A DNA stretch of 64,000 nucleotides, taken from the NCBI RefSeq assembly GCF_006345805.1, contig NC_043002.1:13082001-13146000 (forward strand). Reading direction: 5' to 3'. Numbering within the stretch: position 1 is the first letter of the stretch; each line of letters begins with the position of its first letter. Origin of the DNA: Octopus sinensis (Eukaryota). The notes beneath the pieces are model-generated. The model was not told the origin of the DNA and did not search any database. It saw only the letters and a program-made list of their open reading frames with translations. Position numbers and translations under genes: made by a program. Positions 27,294-39,773 of the stretch are shown here, piece by piece.

Positions 27294-28264
27294 CATAGGG
27301 ATTAATCTCTCTTCGCTCATTTGCGCCACATGGGCTCAACTCTTCTCCCCTCTCCTCTCTTCCTCTCACACCTACTTCCTCCCACCCACCTCACTTGTCT
27401 TGCTCTGACTCCTACTTCTCTTCATTCCAACCCTTCGTCTCTCTTCCCTTCACTCCTACCCACCGTCTCCCTTCCCCCTCTCCCTTCATCGCCACCCCTT
27501 CCCTCGTAACCCCACTCCTACACTATCTAACCTTACCTTCCCTATACATCCCATCCCATCCCAACACCATCACACCACACACCATCACACCACACACCAC
27601 CATACCAAACAATACCACATTACATCACACCACCACTAGCACTGACCAGTTCCCAGCACCCACACCACCATCCACACACCTACACATGCACACACGCACA
27701 CGTCAGGGTTGCCTAACCATCTTCCACACGCACACGTCAAGGTCACCGACCATCTTCCACACGCACATACAAACTCTCTTATACACACGCACTCGCATCT
27801 TTATTTTCTCTCCCTATTTCTTTCTGTGTTCCTTTCTGTGGAAGAGCGTAGACTCGAAACATTAAAGACTTTTTCACTCCCCGAGTATTAAACTAATATA
27901 TCTGTTTGTAGTCTACACCATCTGTCTTCGTCTTTTGTTGTTTTGTGAATTCTCCCTGTATATACATGTATACACACACACACACACACACACACACCAC
28001 ACATAACACACACGCACAGCACACACACACATAGTCAAAGGAAAACAGAAAATGGAGATACAATTAATGGATAACAATTGATTTACATCAATTGTCATTT
28101 ATTAATCAATGACAGAAGACAGAATCTCGACTTACAGCTCATGATTAAATATAGGTAATACGCCAGTGGATTCATAGGATACAAGTTATCCGTTAGACGG
28201 TTGTCATAAACTCTAACTTAACCTCACGTGTGTGTGTGTGACTGTCTATCTGTGTCTGTGTGTG

Positions 28265-28590
28265 AAGGCGCGTGGCTTAGTGGTTAGGACATTCGGCTGA
28301 CGATCGTAAGGTCGTGAGTTCAATTCCTGGCGATGCGTTGTGTCCTTGAGCAAGACACTTTATTTCACATTACTCCAGTCCACTCCGCTGACAAAAATGA
28401 ATAGTACCTGTATTTCAAATAGCCAGCGTTGTCACACTCTGTCACACTGAATCTCCCTGAGAACTACCTGAAGGTAACACGTGTCTGTGGAGTGCTCAGC
28501 CACTTGCCCGTTAATTTCACGAGCAAGTTGTTCCGTTGATCGTATCAGCTGGGACCAACGTCATCGTAACCGATGGAGTGCTCCTTTTTA
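28265..28590 (+). mobile_element. tRNA-derived SINE family D
   Basis: GGCGCGTGGCTTAGTGGTTAGG...GAGTTCAATTCC head followed by TTGTGTCCTTGAGCAAGACACTTT body. Confidence 0.8.
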
Positions 28591-29489
28591 ATATATATGT
28601 ACATATTGGGGTATGGACTAGTATGTTGTACACCTTTCCTGTTGCTGAATATCACTGTGTAAGATGTTGTATTCGTATGTATTACCATCAGTAACATCAC
28701 GATTGCCACAAATGGACGTACATTTACCGCCACCAGTATAACCACCATTATCATCATCAACATCATCACCAGGATGAGGGTAATGATGATGATAATGATA
28801 AAAAGAATGATAAGAAGAATGAGGGGGAGGAGGAGGAGGAGGAGGAGGAAGAAGAAGAAGTAGAAGAAGAAGAAGAAGAAGAAGAAGAGGAGGAGGGGAG
28901 GAAGACGGGGAGGAGGGGGAGGAAGACGAGGAAGAAGAAAAGGAAGAATTAGAAGAGGAAGTAGAAAAAAGAAGAGGAAGGAGAAGTAGAAGAAGAGGAA
29001 GAAAGACGAAGAGAAGAAGAGAAGAAGAAGAAAAAGAAGAAGAAGAAGAAGAAGAAGAAGAAGAGAAGAAGAAGAAGAAGAAGAAGAAGAAGAAAAGGAG
29101 GCAGAAGAAGAAAAAGGAAGACGAAGAAGACTTTTTCAGTTATATAAGCGTTGTTGACATGGCGCTCTCGGTACGTGATTCTTAGCTGGTGTCTGTGTGG
29201 TTGGCTGAGGAGGGAGGTCAATAGGTTAACTACATTAAGAGCGTGTGTCCTTGGCACTGTTGCCCCTTATAGACTGAGTAACAGACAACAACTCGTAACT
29301 TCCCCCCCCAGGGGTGTTGGCGGAGGTGTTTTCTTTTTTTTTTTTGAAGCATGAGGTATATATGGAGAGATTGCGATATGTTGTGCGTCTGAAGCAATCA
29401 CGGTAATGACAATGCTGAAGATGTTGGTGATATTGACGTAATGTTGATGGCAACGGGGTAACGATGAAGATGATAGTGGTACTGCTGTT

Positions 29490-29520
<31 letters not shown>

Positions 29521-29902
29521 ATGGTAGTGGTGGCGGTGGTGGTGGTGATAGTGGTGGTGGTGATGATGATGTTGATGACGACGATGATGAAGATGATGAT
29601 GATGATGGTGGTGGTGGTGGTGGTGGTGGTGGTGGTGATGGTGATGGTGGTGGTGGTGGTAGAAGTGGTGGCGGCGGCGGTGGTGGTGGTGGTGGTAGTG
29701 GTAGTGGTGGTGGTTATCCATATCAACATCTTGCGAACGAAAATTGCATGGAAGATTGTCATAAAATGTAGGTATGTATATATTAATACACACTGAAACA
29801 GACATATAGCAATATATATATATATATATACATACACGTGTGTGTGTGTGTGTCTGTGTACGTGTGTGTATGTGCACGTGTGTGCGTGCCTGTGTGTGTA
29901 CA

Positions 29903-30760
29903 TACAGGGTGTTCCCAAGAATGTATCTCCACTTTGGAAGATTATAACCTCTATGTAAATTAAAATACAGTTTACAAAAGTTAACAGAATCTACCGACTG
30001 AAATTTTTATTATTTTTATGAACACCTGTCTTCAAATTGATGACTTACCTGGTCCGGGCTTTGTTGAGAACGCAAAGCAATGAAACCGAAAACATCAAGA
30101 AATGTTTCGTTCCCTGTTCGTGCGCGTTCATGTTCAATGGCTGTCCTCAATTTACCCATTGTTGGCGGGTTTTTTTAGCGTAAACATTACCTTATATATA
30201 AATAGTCTTGACGCTTGTCCTTTCTTTAGGTTTAGTACTTCGACCGTTTTGTAAATCGTTTTCGAGTAAACCTTCAGTGAGATGCAGTGTCTAATGAAAT
30301 GAAGCTGTTGCTTAGCTGTTACTTTTCTCAAGCAACAAGTAACGGTTTTCCTCAAGCTTTCGGAATTACGGAGACGTACTTGCATAGCGAGTGACTTGAT
30401 CTGAGATCGTGTGCTGGAACGAAAACAATTGCAGCGTGGAAGGTGTTTATGAGCCATTTAAGAAACACACAAAAACCGTTCGATTCACTTCAACATTTAA
30501 ATTTAATCTGTCAAAATATTTTCGTCGCTTTGAGATCGCGACCTGTTCACTGACAAAACTTCAGTCTGAGATGCAGCACGAAGTTTTATAACCTTATATG
30601 TATTTCCATGAAGAATATGTCCAGTGGTGTGATGTCCCGTGAAAAATTAAGGGCAATCTACTGAACCATTTTGTCCAGTCCATTTGTTTGACCCCTAATT
30701 TACTATGGTAGTGTGTGGGTGGGGTGTCCCATCTTACTGGAAATCAAACACCACACCTTT
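29903..30760 (-). mobile_element. Tc1-like remnant interrupted by a fragment resembling a Penelope ORF N-terminus
   Basis: TA-CAGGGTG terminus at 29903; a degenerate FQxDGxPH...W..G.....P segment at about 30620-30750; LHFIRHCISLKVYSKTI at about 30250-30310. Confidence 0.5.
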
Positions 30761-32595
30761 AAAAGACTCCTTGAATGTTTGTCATGACAGATTGCAGCAG
30801 TAAGTTCAAGTAAATTCTATTATTATTATCATAATTATAATTACTCTTTATCACGGGTTTCCTTGAGTCGCTGGAGTCTTGCATACATAGCGGGTTTGCT
30901 ACATGCAGCCTACGGTACCTTGTTATCCATTCTTTTCAGCTATCTGATATTTTCCTGAATATTCTGGCCGTGCCAAGGAAGCAAACCTTTTGTAACAGTT
31001 CTACTGGGCACTCTATTCCAATTTCTTTTTATATTCCCCTTGACGCCTTCTGATAATGTTTCCAAGGACCCAACAATAATTGGCACTATCTTCACCTACT
31101 TCAATTTCCATAGCCGGGCTATTACGTACTTAAGAAGGTTGTATCTTCGCCTTCCTTCTTCACTATTCGTGGGTCAAAGAGACATGCAACGTCAACTATA
31201 TAGCATATGTAGTGCACCTTGCCCACCACCACTAGGTCCGGTCTGGGATGCTCTAGCACCTGATCTGTTTGGATAGGGAAATCCCAGATAATTCGCCTGT
31301 CTGTGATATAAGATTAGACCCTGAAATTTGATACTTTCTTCCTGAATATTAAAACCAATATAGATTAAATATTCCTTGAAATCAAACGGTGCCCCAGCTT
31401 GGCCACAGCTTGTGAGCTGAAACTAGATAAAGATAAAGAAAGAAGATAATAATTTTCTTAGAATTGTTAGTACGCCGAGCGTAATGCTTAGCGGCATTTC
31501 GTACGTTGTGAGTTCAAATTCTGCCGAGGTTAGTTTTGCTTTTCATCCTTTCGGGGTCGGAAAATTAAGTACCAGTGAAACACTGGGTTCGATGTAATCG
31601 ATTAGTCCTCTCCCACAAAATTTCAGGTCTTATTCCTCTAGCGGAAACGACTGTTTGTACGTGACAAATTTCAACAGACATAATTTAAATGTAACCTATT
31701 GTCGTACACCTTACATGGAGCCCATAACAGGAAGAAAACATCAAGAGGTTCTCGCGAGTAAATAACGTAGCATTCTGTTTTCTAACATAACATCCACTGT
31801 CAAAGGGAGATAAATTTTACCTTTTGTTGTCAATGCGGCTTCTGTCGCTAATAATTATTATCAATACAGACATCCGTTTGTTTTTACTGTTTTGTTCTCA
31901 CTGTCCTGTTCTTGTTACCACTTTCATTCTCCGCAAAAATTCCCAAATTTTATTTAATTTGCTTTGCGGGATGGACTGTTTCAACGAGGTCGCGTATTGT
32001 CCTTACCTTCGGAAGGCGAGGTAGATGAAACAGGGACAACTGATGAAGGGGAATATTCTTTATGTTGCATGTCTCGTTTCTCTGTTTGTTTCTTTTTCGT
32101 TGTTTAAAAAAAAGTTCGTTTTCTTTGTTTTCGTTTCTCATTGTGTTCAACCTTTTTTTTTTTTTGATGACCTGTACCCATATATGCATGTATATATACA
32201 TATATATGTAGGTATGTACATATATGTATGTATATATGCAAATATTTATATATTATTTACAGAATTAAAAGATCTTGTCTGAACCACACTTGTAACAAAA
32301 CCCGTATATACGTAAGTGTGCGTGTGCGTGTGTGTGTGTTTGTGTGCCAGTGTGCCAGTGTGCCAGTGTGCATCTGTGTAAACATGTCTTTGTGTGTATA
32401 TTTTTGTCTCTGTATATGGCCGCAGTCAAATGACTGAAACAAATTAAAGAGTAAAAGAATATTACATATATATAATATATATAATATATATAAATATATA
32501 TACATATATATAAATATATATACATATATATAAATATATATATGTAAATATATATATTATATATATATATATATATAAATATATATATATAAATA

Positions 32596-32627
<32 letters not shown>

Positions 32628-32769
32628 AATAAATATATATATATATATATATATATAAATATATATAAATATATATATAAATATATATAAATATATATAT
32701 AAATATATATAAATATATATAAATATATATAAATATATATATAAATATATATAAATATATATAAATATT

Positions 32770-32852
<83 letters not shown>

Positions 32853-33033
32853 ATATAATATATATATATATACGACGGGCTTCTTTCAGTTTCCGTCTAC
32901 CAATTTCCCTCACAAGGCTTTGGTCGGCCCGAGGCTATAGTAGAAGACACCTGCCCAAGGTGCCATGCAGTGGGACCGAACCTGGAAGCATATGGTTGGG
33001 AAACAAGCTCCTTACCACACAGTCACTCTTGCG

Positions 33034-33100
<67 letters not shown>

Positions 33101-34881
33101 ATATATTATATATGTATACATAAATAAATTCAGCTCTCAGTGTCGTCTGCTTAGTGCTTGTGATTGACGAGGAGACAACTACTCCAAAATGCTAACATTT
33201 CACAGGCTAGGTTGGTGACACTGCGAGTTGATCTAGATGTATACACATACTATTTGTCAACAAGCGAGATATATTCTCCGTGACAAAACTCAGTGAGTAT
33301 CTTGTTCTCCAGTTCGAACGTGCATCAAGCATATTCGGACATACGAGTATAGGAAACTTATGTAAACAGATGCAAATCACGTAATAAGTCTACGGAAGTT
33401 CAATAAAAAAAATTCTTACGCGACGTGAAATGTTTCAAAATAACTTCAGACAAAACTAATTGGAATGCATTTCAGGAACATCCGAAAACACCACGTTCTA
33501 CACCAAAGTATGCAACTGCACCTTTTTTCTTTCCTTTTTTTTTTGTCTTTTTTTTGTTGTCTACCATCTCGATACAAAGAATATGATGTATAAACGCACA
33601 TAGGTGCATAAATGCACTTTGCGACCTTGTGGTTTCGGGTTCATTCGCACAGCGAGGCACCTTGGATATCTACTATGGACAAAGGCTGGGTAATGCCTTG
33701 GGGGGTGAATTTGGTAGACGGAGTCCGCGTAGAAGCCCGTCGTATATACATGTGTGTGTGTGCGTGCGTGTGTCTGTGTTTGTGTGTGTGTGTGTGTGTG
33801 TGCGTGCGTGTGTGCGTGTGTGTGTGTGTGTGTATGCGTGTGTGCGTGCACCTTTGTGCTCGCGCTTGCTCCTCGCCTCCTTTTGACAACTGGTGTTGGT
33901 TTGTGTATGTCCCGTAACTTAACATTTCAGCAAAAAAGACGACTGATATAATAAGTATAGGACTTTCAAAAAAATAATAAATACTTGGATCGGTTTGCTC
34001 AAACACACACTTCGAAGTGATGCTCCAGCATGGCCGCAGGCAAATGACTGAAAAAGTGATGAGGAAATAGAAGAGAAAAAGAAAATAGTCTGGAATCCAC
34101 TTGGAAGCAAAGTAATTTAGTTGGCGAATTCAGATCACTACAAGGTACAAGCACTTACCTGTACTAGCGTCGGGATTCACTGGAGCCGGCTCAACCCGTC
34201 TCCGGGCAACGAATCATGTTCAGAAACTCAGTAAGTATACAAGATCACATGTGGTCCCCGGTCGCACGCGGACACACTTCCAGATAGTTTGACCCCTAGC
34301 AGCTCATCTTGCCGTCGATTATCGACCTTTGCACAAGATTCGATGACTAAGTCACCGCCGATTATTATCAGAGCAGACGTAGCCTGGTTTAAAGATGCTG
34401 TAGACAGCAGCAAGACAAGGATTACCGGTTCGAACTCAGGCATCGGCTCTGATGTGTACGTATCTCTCGGTTGTGTTATTTCGAAAAGAAGTGTATTTCT
34501 ATGTACAGATGACCCTCCTGGACCCGAATTGTAATCTTTTCTTTTTTACTTCTTTCACTCACCGACCTCAACCGTTCTGGGAATCTGCCTTGAAGGGTTG
34601 AGTCGAACAAATCGAGCCTAACACTTATTTCAAAGCCTGGTACTTATTTTATCGTACCCCTATACTGAACTGCAAGATTAAAAGGTCGTAAAGAAACCAA
34701 CATCAATGATGAGGCGGTGGAGTAACATACACAAACACTATGACATACACACACATACATATACACACACATATACATAAACATACACATATACATACAC
34801 ATACGTATGTGTATAAACGTTTTCTACTATAGCACCGGGTCGACCCGAGGTTATATTAGAAGACACTTGTCTAAAGGTGCC

Positions 34882-35293
34882 CTACTTCTCAACATAGTCA
34901 CCGTTTCTCTCAATAGCAATGTCTCACCTTCGAATGAGAGCATGTATCCCTGCCCCGTAAAATTCTTCACACCAGTTTTCACTTCCTCGATACTAGAATA
35001 ATGTTTGCTTTCCAAACCCTCTTTCATGGGGCTGAAGGGATGATAATCTGACGAAGAAGTGAAAACTATAGTGAAGAAGTGGCTCAATGAACAGTCAACA
35101 GAATTTTACGGGACAGAGATACATGCTCTCATTCGAAGGTGAAACATTGCTATTGAGAGAAACGGTGACTATGTTGAGAAGTAGGGATGTGATCCACAGA
35201 GGACCAGCTTCATTTTGATGTATGATACATGTTCCTGTGTTGGTAATTATACCTGTCCTAAACAAAATGGCATTACTTTTTTAACTCACTCTC
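34882..35293. mobile_element. Mariner 3'-end remnant with a local inverted duplication
   Basis: Plus arm encodes ...IHALIRR*NIAIERNGDYVEK*; 34882-34966 is the near reverse complement of 35100-35184. Confidence 0.75.
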
Positions 35294-35325
<32 letters not shown>

Positions 35326-35327
<2 letters not shown>

Positions 35328-36658
35328 ATAAAACGGTAAGATAACAAAAGAAAGAAAGAGACCTCAATATTATGTAAATAGAGGAAATTTATCTATCAAT
35401 ATGTTACATTACTCGGTAGTCAAGATAAAACTCTGAGTTTCAGATGCCGAAGTGGAAATCCACAACACCATCTCTTCGGTTATCTGGCTATTTGAAAACG
35501 TTATGAAAAAATACCGTTAAATAAAGGGAAATTACTCTGTTATAACTCTGCTTGCCTGCGTACTTATACATCGCTCGCATTTTTCGTCATAAAAATTATA
35601 TAAAAATACATAAAAAATATATAAAAATATATAAAAATATATAAAAGAATATATAATTCTTCTTGGGACATAACATAGAAAGCATGTTCTATCTGTTTTC
35701 TTTAGGGGACCAAAAACGTAACAGAAATTTAGTCACATGTGGGCATGATCCGAAAAGCTCTGTCCTTGTATTTAGACATGTAGTAGGGTCTAAGCTGCTT
35801 TTCCAGATAAGCCATCTCTCCATGTCGCATAGACCGCACCTTCCGCTGCCGTTAGTATAGGGCTTACATCTGGCCAAAATCTTCCATTGTATGTTATAAT
35901 CGACACCTTTATCTCTTAAAGACCAAATATGAAGACAATTGTGTCGCTTTTCTTTTGTTCCAGTGCCTAAAGCTCAAAGTGTGGTTATTGAACCTGGCCT
36001 TGAAATTACCCTCTGTAAGGCCCACGTATTTCTTCGTCGAAACGGTGTCTTTAGTGGTTATAGAGTTTACGGTAGCTTCATATATGATGGTCGTGGACAT
36101 GCAAGCTCCATTTAGCGCGGCACAATTCTTTATTCCTGCATGAACAGCGTTTTCTTCTTGTGTTTTTTGTATGTTATGTTTGATTATGTTTTTTAAATTG
36201 GTAGTTGAACTAAAACTAATTTTTAAATTGTGTCTATTGAAGAGTTTCCTATAAGTATGGTTAACTGGAAAATGTCTATCTATCAGTGCTAGGAAATATT
36301 TACCTATATTGAAGGCCACCTCGGGTGAGTAAGGGGGCGTAAACCAGATGACCTTCCTATTTCTATTATTCCTTTTCCTTACTGTTGGGCTAGTGGTAGG
36401 TGTATATTTTATTTTATCGCTAAAACCACTATCTTTTAAAGCCTTATTATAAACTGGGGCAACGCTATTGAAGATGTCCTCATCAGATGAGAGGCTAGAA
36501 AACCTCTTACTAATATTTTTAACTACATTTTTTAATACTATAGGGAGATGGCATGAACCTACATTAATATAACTTAGTCTATCGTTGGGCTTCCTATAAG
36601 GCTTATAAATATTCTTATTAAGATCTAAGGAAACGTCTAAGAAATTGACAACCTTCAA
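35326..36658 (-). mobile_element. Penelope-like element, left arm (RT thumb, linker, GIY-YIG endonuclease, 3' UTR)
   Basis: VNFLDVSLDL...YRKP...YINVGSCH, RKVIWFTPPYS, FNRHNLKISFS and KKYVGLTEGNFKARFNNH motifs; frameshifted. Confidence 0.93.
35424..35484 (-). ncRNA. Type I hammerhead motif in the Penelope 3' region (left arm)
   Basis: Reverse complement of the motif at 37487-37547. Confidence 0.7.
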
Positions 36659-37575
36659 TATAGGTAAATATTTCCTAGCACTGATAGATAGACATTTTCC
36701 AGTTGACCATACTTATAGGAAACTCTTCAATAGACACAATTTAAAAATTAGTTTTAGTTCAACTACCAATTTTAAAAACATAATCAAACATAACATACAA
36801 AAAACACAAGAAGAAAACAGCTGTTCATACAGGAATAAAGAATTGTGCCCGCTAAATGGAGCTTGCATGTCCACGACCATCATATATGAAGCTACCGAAA
36901 ACTCTATAACCACTAAAGACACCGTTTCGACGAAGAAATACGTGGGCCTTACAGAGGGTAATTTCAAGGCCAGGTTCAATAACCACACTTTGAGCTTTAG
37001 GCACTGGAACAAAAGAAAAGCGACACAATTGTCTAATCATATTTGGTCTTTAAGAGATAAAGGTGTCGATTATAACATGCAATGGAAGATTTTGGCCAGA
37101 TGTAAGTCCTATACTAACGGCAGCGGAAGGTGCGGTCTATGCGACATGGAGAGATGGCTTATCTGGAAAAGCAGCTTAGACCCTACTACATGTCTAAATA
37201 CAAGGACAGAGCTTTTCGGATCATGCCCACATGTGACTAAATTTCTGTTACGTTTTTGGTCCCCTAAAGAAAACAGATAGAACATGCTTTCTATGTTATG
37301 TCCCAAGAAGAATTTATATATTTTTTTATATATTTTTATATATATTTTATATTTTTTTTATGTATTTTTATATAATTTTTATGACGAAAAATGCGAGCGA
37401 TGTATAAGTACGCAGGCAAGCAGAGTTATAACAGAGTAATTTCCCTTTATTTAACGGTATTTTTTCATAACGTTTTCAAATAGCCAGATAACCGAAGAGA
37501 TGGTGTTGTGGATTTCCACTTCGGCATCTGAAACTCAGAGTTTTATCTTGACTACCGAGTAATGTAACATATTGT
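36652..37575 (+). mobile_element. Penelope-like element, right (inverted) arm with an open GIY-YIG frame
   Basis: ORF 36645-37280: CPLNGAC...IIYEAT...KKYVGLTEGNFKARFNNHTLSF...TQLSNHIW...WKILARC...CGLCDMERWLI...LNTRTELFGSCPH. Confidence 0.93.
37487..37547 (+). ncRNA. Type I hammerhead motif in the Penelope 3' region (right arm)
   Basis: GATAA-CCGAAGA-[GATG...CATC long stem II]-T-GAA-ACTC-A-GAGT-T-TTATC. Stem I is GATAA/TTATC, stem III is palindromic, the triplet is GTT. The core carries U4C and an extra U before G12. Confidence 0.7.
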
Positions 37576-37709
37576 ATAGATATATAGATATATATATATG
37601 GTGACAGTAAGAGAATAGTTGAGCTGGGGATTTGAAACTGAATCCACATTTTTCCACATTATTAAACAAATCCTCGGCTAATTATTTTAGCCTTTTTGCA
37701 CACAGAAAT

Positions 37710-38090
37710 TAATGAGAATGTGATGCCTTCCCGATCTTTGTTCAAGCAAATCGACCCCAGAACTTATTCTTTGTAAGCCTAGTACTTATTATATCGGTCT
37801 CTTTTGCCGAACCGCTAAGTTACGGGGACGTAAACACACCAGTATCGGTTGTCAAGCGATGTTGGGGGCACAAATACAGACACACAAACATACACACACA
37901 CAAATATATATATATACATATACACGACAGGCTTCTTTCAGTTTCCGTCTACCAAACCCACTCACAAGTCTTTGGTCGGCCCGAGGCTATAGTAGAATAC
38001 ACTTGCTCAAGGTGCCACGCAGTGGGACTGAACCCGGAACCATGTGGTTCGTAAGCAAGCTACTTACCACACAGCCACTCCTACGCCTAT
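37710..38090 (-). mobile_element. SINE family A, near full length
   Basis: Reverse complement of the head/body/tail consensus seen in the other copies. Confidence 0.88.
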
Positions 38091-38525
38091 TAGGTTATTA
38101 TTTTGTTAATTCAAGGGCTTCATCTTTGTGAAATGTGCCCTTCTTTGTTTAAGACGACTGGGTGTGATTTGTGGAGGTGTATTCAGCTGCTATTTCGGTT
38201 AGGCTGGGGTGATTGCTTAGAAGCTCTGAAGTTGGTTCCTGTAGAAGATGTTGATGTCGATAGTAACCTCTGCACTGAATAATCTCTTCCAATATTATGA
38301 CCGTGTTTAGCATTCTTCCGTCGGTTCACGAGTCAACAATCCAGCCAATGTTTTGTACGTGATCTTTGTTTAGACAGGTGCAACAAAGAACAAAAGGTCA
38401 CCTTCCTTTCAGCGACTGAGACAACAAACCACCAAACCTGTCAAATGGAAATATTCGGCATAAATGTCAACGTGGGCTGTTCTCTACAATTAGCTACCAT
38501 TAGCTCTTACTCACTGTACATTCAT

Positions 38526-38559
<34 letters not shown>

Positions 38560-39294
38560 ACCACACATTTCCCATACGTCTGGCTCACACACACACACGT
38601 AAGAACACATAAACGCACACATCTCTCTCCCCTCGCTCTACTCTCCGCCTTTTTTGTTTTCTTTTTACTCTCAGTTTAATTTCCTTTTGTTTTCACTTCT
38701 CTGTAATTTATATTGATCGATGTCTGGCTGGCAAGCATTCACTTACCTTCTGTCTGTGTGTTTGACCGACTCTGTATCTACATACCTATCTATCTGATTT
38801 TTATATACATCTGTTTATGGACAATTTATTAGTAGAAATACTAAGACCCCGGTTATGACCGTCACAAGTCCAAGGATTCTTAGAGCCGCTTACCCAGTTT
38901 CTATAGCGTGTTAGTGACTGATATCATAACATCCCTCTAACCGGATGCAAGTCAGTCACAGAGTTCTTCGTTTACATCTGAATGGACTGGAATAAAGTGA
39001 AATGAAGTGTTTTGCTCAAGAACACAATGGATTCTGCGTGCGTGTGTGGGGGGGGTGTATACGAGTGGTTGCTGAGAAGTTATTGGGTTTAAGGGTTTTG
39101 CGAAAAGCCTGACTGGAGTTCTTTTAGTGGGGTTAGAAAAACTGAAGGACCGCTGAAATATGTTTGTGAATCTGTGAGGGGAATATGTTGAATAAAATCA
39201 TAAATAACTGATTCTCCTGTATTTTATTTTACTGAAAGCCTGGAACTTTTCAGCACCCCTCCGTGTGTTACCTAACTGAATATTTTCTCAAGTA

Positions 39295-39773
39295 CAGTAA
39301 TCACTCGCCATATCGCGGTTCACTTATCGCGCCCTCAGTACATCGCGGATCTTTTCTGGCTAATATATGCAAATTTATATCGCGGACTCCTCAGTATATC
39401 GCGGGTTTCTGTAGCCGATAGGTATTTATATTTTTTTAGATTTTAATTATTTCTATAGTAAAATAAGCATTTTTACGCCTAAAAATTAACAAATAAATAA
39501 ATGAAAATACAATACCGTACTGCACTGTATAACACATTGATTAAAATATATCAAAAGAAAATACGTAGTGTACTGTAGATGAGTAAATATAGAAACGCAC
39601 ATACTGTATGGAGAAAGAAACTCGGGAGGTGAGTGGTATTGCTTTGCATTTATAATAAAAAATACATACAAATAATAAAAAAAATAATAAATATATATAT
39701 TACAGTAATATTTTTACTTCGCGGATTTTCACCTACCGCAGGGGGTGTTGGAACGCGGTGGGGTTTGTAACTG
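39295..39773. mobile_element. Tigger/pogo-like MITE
   Basis: TA-CAGT...ACTG-TA termini and repeated ATCGCGG subterminal motifs. Confidence 0.6.
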
